IMG/VR virus record: IMGVR_UViG_3300035703_000005
Span: 62,001-126,000 of that record
Direction: 5' to 3' (one strand)
Length of the DNA: 64,000 nucleotides
Of this stretch, positions 58,445 through 64,000 are shown piece after piece. How positions within the stretch are numbered: the stretch's first letter is position 1; every line of letters begins with the position of its first letter. The notes beneath the pieces were generated by a model. The model was not told the DNA's origin, did no database searches, and saw only the letters and a list, made by a program, of their open reading frames with translations. Position numbers and translations under genes: made by a program.

Positions 58445-58816
58445 TCATATTGTGTTGAGATCTTTAAGACAATTTTCATCCATTGGTATATCGTGCAAAG
58501 CAGACTTTGGATATTCCGGAAGTCTACCAAGATAAACGACGAATGTTTTAACTACAGACCACAACTCACGATCGATCTTGAAAAAAAGCAGTGGCGTTGT
58601 GGCCTCTCCGAAAACATTATAAAGAATTATAAAGTGATTAATGAGTAAATGTGACTTTAAAACACCAGTGGTTTGATATCTCTTTAAAAGTCTTTTTATC
58701 CATTTAAATCTTTTCATATCTTCATTAAAATCCTCTTGAGTTACGGCATGAGGATTTTCATAATGTTTTATAGCAAACATTATATAATTATTTTCGTTCA
58801 ATTCATCAAATCTCAT
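58445..58816 (-). CDS. conserved T4-like phage hypothetical protein
   Basis: FAIKHY.NP...F..D..RF....RL...NH...LYNVF. Confidence 0.65.
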   Translation of the reverse strand: MRFDELNENNYIMFAIKHYENPHAVTQEDFNEDMKRFKWIKRLLKRYQTTGVLKSHLLINHFIILYNVFGEATTPLLFFKIDRELWSVVKTFVVYLGRLPEYPKSALHDIPMDENCLKDLNTI

Positions 58817-58831
58817 AATCTATTTTAAATA

Positions 58832-59395
58832 TCAAGTGGTTGTAACGCCAACAGTAGTTGTAATTCCACTACCACCAGCACCAGTTACTTCAGTAGAAAC
58901 AAAGATCTTATCAGAAGCAACAGAAGTTGAAGTATCGGTAATAATTCCAGCAATTGTCTGGCCAGGAATTACAAGAGTCTGTGCGGCCGCAGGAGTTGTA
59001 AATGCAAATCCGACTCTCTTGTTTCCAGTTGTAGTTGTTGCATAAGCAACCAAAGTACCGTCAATGGAACCAGTTACATTAAGAGTTGCAGCAAGATTCT
59101 GGACATCTACTTTTTCATTATACTGAACGTAAACTGTTCCAGTAGAAGATGTAGAATAACCAGTTGCACCAAAATAAACACGAACGATAGTCGCATTTCC
59201 AAGACCAGCTGCAGTAGAACCAGCACCAGCTAGTCCACCAATTGCAACTAAAACTTCTTCATTACCATCAGCGTGTCTAATCACCCAACCTCTCTCATCA
59301 GCAAAACACTCGTTGAGATCATTAGCTGGTTTATCACCTTCTCTTAACCAGGTTGGTCTTTTTTCGTCTGAAGTAGAATTTCCCCAAAGAGGCAT
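58832..59395 (-). CDS. virion structural protein (beta-rich)
   Basis: MPLWG start, G/T/A-rich; late promoter near 59429. Confidence 0.65.
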   Translation of the reverse strand: MPLWGNSTSDEKRPTWLREGDKPANDLNECFADERGWVIRHADGNEEVLVAIGGLAGAGSTAAGLGNATIVRVYFGATGYSTSSTGTVYVQYNEKVDVQNLAATLNVTGSIDGTLVAYATTTTGNKRVGFAFTTPAAAQTLVIPGQTIAGIITDTSTSVASDKIFVSTEVTGAGGSGITTTVGVTTT

Positions 59396-59997
59396 TGGTT
59401 TTCTCCAAATATGTTCTTTTACTAAAGATATTTATAAAAAAAGGAGAAGTAACATTACTTCTCCTTTGATTTATTTTTACTTGTTACAGCAATTAAAAAG
59501 TGATGAATGAATTGATATAAAGTGTTTTCTTTTATATTTGGATTTCTTCCAATATACTCAGATAATGCATAAAGTATTGCGAATAATACAGTTAATCCAC
59601 TATTTAATACTAGACAACTATACCAAGTAATCATTTATTATTGGCAATTCTTGAGAAGAGCGTTTCTTACTAATTCTACAAGTTTATCATCAACATCATT
59701 GTCAGTACTCTTAGAATACTTTTCTAAGAGATATACTACGAACTTTTTAACTTCGCAGCTTTGCCAGAACCATCCTACAACTACTTCACCGCCTTTGCGT
59801 AGTAAATTCAGATCCATTATTCTTCCTCCTTATGGAAGTATCTGAGATATTTATAATTTATTGTTTATCGATATCATGAAACTCGGATATTTCATCTTTC
59901 ATCTCCAAATATGCTAGTCGAAGTATGTAATAAATTGTCCCACTAGTGAAAATTAATCCACATAAAAGAATAATAAAAACGCCCAAAGGAAATTCAT

Positions 59998-60738
59998 TCA
60001 TAATTCATTTTTTATTAATAATAAATCAAAAGCAGCGGTATATCTTCCATTATTACTTCTTGTAGTAAGTCTTATATCAATATCTGAATGCTGTGGAATT
60101 TGTTGCGGAAAAGCAAATTTATAAACATACTCTCCACCAGAACCACTAACTTCAAATGTATGGCCTACTCTAAATGCTTGTCCAACTGTATTATATCTAA
60201 TCATCATGAATCCAGTTGCGTCTGCAAGTGCTTGGGCACTGCATACACCTTGATATAAGTACGCAGTATATCCATTTGGAACTGTGTAGATAGCCATTAG
60301 AGTTTGTCCGAGTCCGGCATTAATCCTAAGAACTTCAGTTCCATTTCTAGAGAAATTTATTTGTCCTACATTTGTAGATCCAGTTTTTACATAACCACGA
60401 AAAACTCTCTTAAAAGTTTTAGTTCCAGTAACAGTCCCGGTACTAGATAATGTAAAATCTTCTTCAATTAAATCCCAATTCGAGTCCAATCCAACAATAG
60501 TTATAACTTTATCATTGTCATCAGCACCAACTTGCGCTCCCACAAGAACTCCAGGAATATCAAAAGCACTCCAAGGATAAAGAGTATTTTCCTTATCCCA
60601 AACGGTTGCAGTCGTATTAGTTGATTGAGATGGAGTTGCACCAAACTTATGAATTGTTGATGCTCCACGAGTTTTTCCACGGGCAACGTTCAATTCAAAA
60701 TTTTCATCCCAAATATAATTTTTAAAACCCATAATCAC
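59998..60738 (-). CDS. putative virion protein
   Basis: HKFG...TVW; beta-rich. Confidence 0.55.
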   Translation of the reverse strand: MIMGFKNYIWDENFELNVARGKTRGASTIHKFGATPSQSTNTTATVWDKENTLYPWSAFDIPGVLVGAQVGADDNDKVITIVGLDSNWDLIEEDFTLSSTGTVTGTKTFKRVFRGYVKTGSTNVGQINFSRNGTEVLRINAGLGQTLMAIYTVPNGYTAYLYQGVCSAQALADATGFMMIRYNTVGQAFRVGHTFEVSGSGGEYVYKFAFPQQIPQHSDIDIRLTTRSNNGRYTAAFDLLLIKNEL

Positions 60739-61049
60739 TCACCCCAAGTCAATCTTTCTGGTTGATATCTCTGTGCGTTTTTGATTTTTATAGAACTGGT
60801 TGAGTTTGGATAAATGTTATGAACGATTGCACCTGGATATTCATCTTGCAGTTGTTCTGCAAGTTCATTCTTACTCACCATCTTACCTTCAACTTCCATA
60901 CGATAAATCTTACCTTGCCAAACTACATCAGCAAGAAAAGATTCTTTGACTGGTTCTGATTCAGTTTCGGAACCATTAATGTAAAGATTTCCGTTGAAAT
61001 CTCCAGCAATGTTGATACTCTCTGATAAAAATTGTTTAAAGGATTTCAT
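60735..61049 (-). CDS. hypothetical late protein
   Basis: MKSFKQFLSE leader typical of T4-like head proteins. Confidence 0.55.
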   Translation of the reverse strand: MKSFKQFLSESINIAGDFNGNLYINGSETESEPVKESFLADVVWQGKIYRMEVEGKMVSKNELAEQLQDEYPGAIVHNIYPNSTSSIKIKNAQRYQPERLTWGE

Positions 61050-63370
61050 TAGTTGCAGTTCCAACGACGAAGGGCTTTGTTGATTCTAGAATCTGGGTCT
61101 CTTGCAGTTTCTGTTGAAGTGAGTTTCTTCTTCATTCCACTCATTCTACGGCAAAAGGACTGACGACGTTCAGCTCTTTTGCCCGTAGGCTTTTTTTCGG
61201 TTACTGCAGTTTGTAGTTTTGAACCTGGATTTTCTCTACGATATGCATCAACGGCTTTCTGACTTAAACCATCAGTTTTATCTTTGCGATTTACAGATTG
61301 CCAATCTTCCTTTACCTCATCAGTAGAAACCATCACAATAGGATTTTTAACCCCCATTGATCTAGCTTTTGTTCTAAGGAGATTAACTTTAGTTGGAAGA
61401 TCTCTCATATCCTTTTTTGGGTTCTCTTCCATTTTCTCCTCATCTTCACATCCACAAGCTTCACTCATATTTGGATTAATTTCAATTTTGTTTTTCTTTT
61501 TTGAAACATCAATTACTTTTTGTTGTGGGTCTTTTGGGGTAGATTGATCATCTACTTCAAAAATAAATTCCTCTCTCCAGTTGAAGAATTCTTCATTATT
61601 TTGATTCAATGTACTTTCATTTTCCTTTTTTCCTTGTCTTTTTATTTTAGCAATATCATAAGCAGCCTTTCCAGCCTTTGCGATTGAAACTAAACCAGAT
61701 CCAATATTTGATAGTGTTTTTTTGGCAGCAGATCCAGTCGGTTCTTTATGAGAAATCGACTGCATTTTTGGTCCAGTTACACTACTTGCTTTTTTTTCTA
61801 TCTCCGATTTTCTTTGTGTTTCGGCTTGTTTTTTGAGAGATTCTTTTTGTTTTTCAACCTTTGCAATAGCTTCAGCTTCTTTTCTTTTTTCTCTCATCTT
61901 TCTTATTCGGTCCAACTTTATTCTTTCTCTCGCTCTCTCTTTCTTAGATTCCTCTCTAGCTTGTTTTTTAGCCTCAATTTTTTCTCTCTCAGTTTGTTGA
62001 AGAATTTTAGCAGCCTTTACTCTAGTTGCACCACGAACTCTCTCAGCTTTCTCAGTCGCAGTTAAACCTTTTTTTGGATTTTCTTCAGTTTTTTTTGGCT
62101 TTTTTTCAGTTTTTTTTGGCTTTTTTTCATCATCACCATCACCACGAATATCCGCAAGAAGATCATCTAACTTTCCCTCAGACAATGGAGAGAATTCCAA
62201 AATCATTTTTTGAACTAAAGAAACTTTCTCTTTAACTTCTTCTTTCTTTTTTTCAGGAAGACCTTCATGTTTTGTCTTTGCAAAGTCTCTTGCTGCCTTC
62301 TTGCTCATACCTTCAGCAGCCTTTGCAACCTCAGGAGATGCAGGAGTTCCTCCCTTCTTTGCAGCATAAACCATTCCCATAAATCTTTGTTGCGCTCTAC
62401 TTAAAGCCTTTTCTTCAATGTATTCTTCCTTAGTAAGTTCTCCAGTTGCTTTTGCTTTACGAATCTTCTTTGGATTCTTTAACTTACCGCCTGGATACAT
62501 ATCCTCTTCATCGTCACGATCATAGTCAGGATCCACATTCGCACGATGTCTTGCTGCTCTCTCTGGAGATGCCTTATCGTCATGAATACCTGATCTACGA
62601 AGAGGTGAAGTCTTTTCTGCTTCTCTCTTATCCTTTTGCTTTTGACGACTACGGTTCTTCTTGAAGTCCTTCATCGTCATGCCTTCTTCAACCATTTCAC
62701 CTTCTAGATCATAAGATTGACGAAGTTGTTTCATTGCATCATTCAATGCATTATTTCTCTTCTGCATTCCATATGCAGCACCTGCAATACCTGTTCCAGG
62801 ATTCTTGATATTTTGGCCTTTATTTGCAGCACTTACACCAGAGTCTGCAGCTTTTTTCGCTCTATTAATAGCTGCACCAGCAAGTGCAGCACCACCAGCA
62901 GCAAGCCCAGCAGCAACTAATGGTGCAATTTCATCAAGTTGTTCAGTTTCTTCCTTCATCTTTTCACGTTTTGCCTTTGTCTTAGCAAGAAGTCTTTCAC
63001 GAGCAGCTTCCTGTTCAGACTTAGAAATATTAAACATATCCCTATCGGTTTTAAGTCTCTCCTGGGGAGGAATAACTTTAGCTCTAACTTTTCTACGATT
63101 TAGAAGATACTTATCTGACTTATCGTGATCTCCGTCGTTATCAATATCCTTATCTTCCTTACCAACAGGATCTAAAGCTTCTTCTACCTTCTTCTTTTTA
63201 TCGGCAGCAATCTCGGCACCGACAATCGCTCTCCTCTTCTTTAAATAACTATCGGAAGAATCCGAATCACCATCATTATCCACATCGTCATCTTCTTGAC
63301 CGATAGGATCTAGTTTTTTAGGTGTTTTAGCTTCTGCAACAATACGTGAAAATTCTTCCCAACTAGCCAT
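61049..63370 (-). CDS. large charged modular late protein
   Basis: Two DxDNDGD repeats; C-terminal SFC.RM.G...SRINKALRRWNC domain. Confidence 0.65.
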   Translation of the reverse strand: MASWEEFSRIVAEAKTPKKLDPIGQEDDDVDNDGDSDSSDSYLKKRRAIVGAEIAADKKKKVEEALDPVGKEDKDIDNDGDHDKSDKYLLNRRKVRAKVIPPQERLKTDRDMFNISKSEQEAARERLLAKTKAKREKMKEETEQLDEIAPLVAAGLAAGGAALAGAAINRAKKAADSGVSAANKGQNIKNPGTGIAGAAYGMQKRNNALNDAMKQLRQSYDLEGEMVEEGMTMKDFKKNRSRQKQKDKREAEKTSPLRRSGIHDDKASPERAARHRANVDPDYDRDDEEDMYPGGKLKNPKKIRKAKATGELTKEEYIEEKALSRAQQRFMGMVYAAKKGGTPASPEVAKAAEGMSKKAARDFAKTKHEGLPEKKKEEVKEKVSLVQKMILEFSPLSEGKLDDLLADIRGDGDDEKKPKKTEKKPKKTEENPKKGLTATEKAERVRGATRVKAAKILQQTEREKIEAKKQAREESKKERARERIKLDRIRKMREKRKEAEAIAKVEKQKESLKKQAETQRKSEIEKKASSVTGPKMQSISHKEPTGSAAKKTLSNIGSGLVSIAKAGKAAYDIAKIKRQGKKENESTLNQNNEEFFNWREEFIFEVDDQSTPKDPQQKVIDVSKKKNKIEINPNMSEACGCEDEEKMEENPKKDMRDLPTKVNLLRTKARSMGVKNPIVMVSTDEVKEDWQSVNRKDKTDGLSQKAVDAYRRENPGSKLQTAVTEKKPTGKRAERRQSFCRRMSGMKKKLTSTETARDPDSRINKALRRWNCN

Positions 63371-63395
63371 TTATTTTGTAGAAATACTGCTAGTT

Positions 63396-64000
63396 TTATT
63401 TATTCTTTTTGCCCTTGCGGAATTTATCATAAATTGAAGTAATCTTAACTCCAGTATAACTCTTAACTTCTTGACCTGGAGTTAATGATTGAACATATTC
63501 CCTATATTCATCTGTTCCAATTTCGTGAGGATTCTCTACAAGATCTTTCAACCATGACTTAAACATTACGTCATCTTCAGTTACACAAATGACATAATTT
63601 GTTCCTCTACGAATTACCTCTCCTCTGAGTCCGGTATTCATATTTTCAACAAGATTACCAACCTCATAGATATGATCTACAAGATATGCATCTCTCATAC
63701 CTTCCTCATCGAGTTTAGGAGCTATTTCCCATACTTCAGTTCCTTCTTCAATATTCATAGATCTACGAAGGACATTAAATAATTCCTTTTTCTGCATATT
63801 ACCAAGAGTATCTGGAACACCCTTAGCAAATTTTACAAAATCTCCTTCTGCAGCCGCAAGTCTCAACTTAGATGCAGACATTCCAGTTACATCATCCGAA
63901 TCAGGATCTCTTTCTCCAGCAGAAACTACTTCAAGTTGATCATAGTTATAAAGCTCTCCATTATACTTATGACTTAAACCTTGAAATTCACCAAGTCTAT
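63396..64000 (-). CDS. cytidylyltransferase-like nucleotidyltransferase, C-terminal part (5' end outside the window)
   Basis: VVSAGERDPDSDDVTGMSASKLR. Confidence 0.75.
   Translation of the reverse strand, partial: RLGEFQGLSHKYNGELYNYDQLEVVSAGERDPDSDDVTGMSASKLRLAAAEGDFVKFAKGVPDTLGNMQKKELFNVLRRSMNIEEGTEVWEIAPKLDEEGMRDAYLVDHIYEVGNLVENMNTGLRGEVIRRGTNYVICVTEDDVMFKSWLKDLVENPHEIGTDEYREYVQSLTPGQEVKSYTGVKITSIYDKFRKGKKNK

Noticed and set aside
62065-62128. T-rich tandem repeat as a slippage or phase-variation site
   Set aside because: It is explained by in-frame KKPKKTE coding repeats
1-64000. CRISPR array, rRNA or alternative genetic code
   Set aside because: No regularly spaced repeats or rRNA were seen; core genes translate intact in the standard code and there is no suppressor anticodon

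Overview
A 64-kb segment of a large T4-like cyanophage (cyanomyovirus) genome, almost all on the - strand. Left to right it holds: (1) small hypothetical ORFs and AT-rich modification-type enzymes; (2) a photosynthesis and nutrient module with psbD, a psbA split by a 254-nt group I intron next to a free-standing endonuclease, two hli genes, a peroxiredoxin, pstS with a Pho box, and an SLH porin; (3) a ~10-kb nucleotide-sugar/glycosyltransferase operon that also contains nadE; (4) gnd and talC; (5) 27 recognisable tRNAs covering all 20 amino acids (25 of them in an array at 40.7-46.5 kb), a two-piece tmRNA, dps and two more free-standing endonucleases; (6) lysis enzymes, nrdB, nrdA, primase and late/virion genes. 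The strongest candidate for an undescribed system is RNA-level and lies inside the tRNA array. The spacers carry about ten compact structured RNAs: an anticodon-less tRNA-like RNA with two T-arms, a tRNA body with a 19-nt anticodon loop, several pseudoknot or kissing-loop elements, and a spacer repeating the tmRNA resume context. The tmRNA tag ends in -LV rather than -AA, and two unusual A34 tRNAs are present. Other leads are a repeated gene-junction element ending in a wcaG-like RNA, and a di-iron/P-loop/methyltransferase cluster with an apparently inverted gene. All structures were paired by eye and all family calls come from motif recognition; no searches were run.
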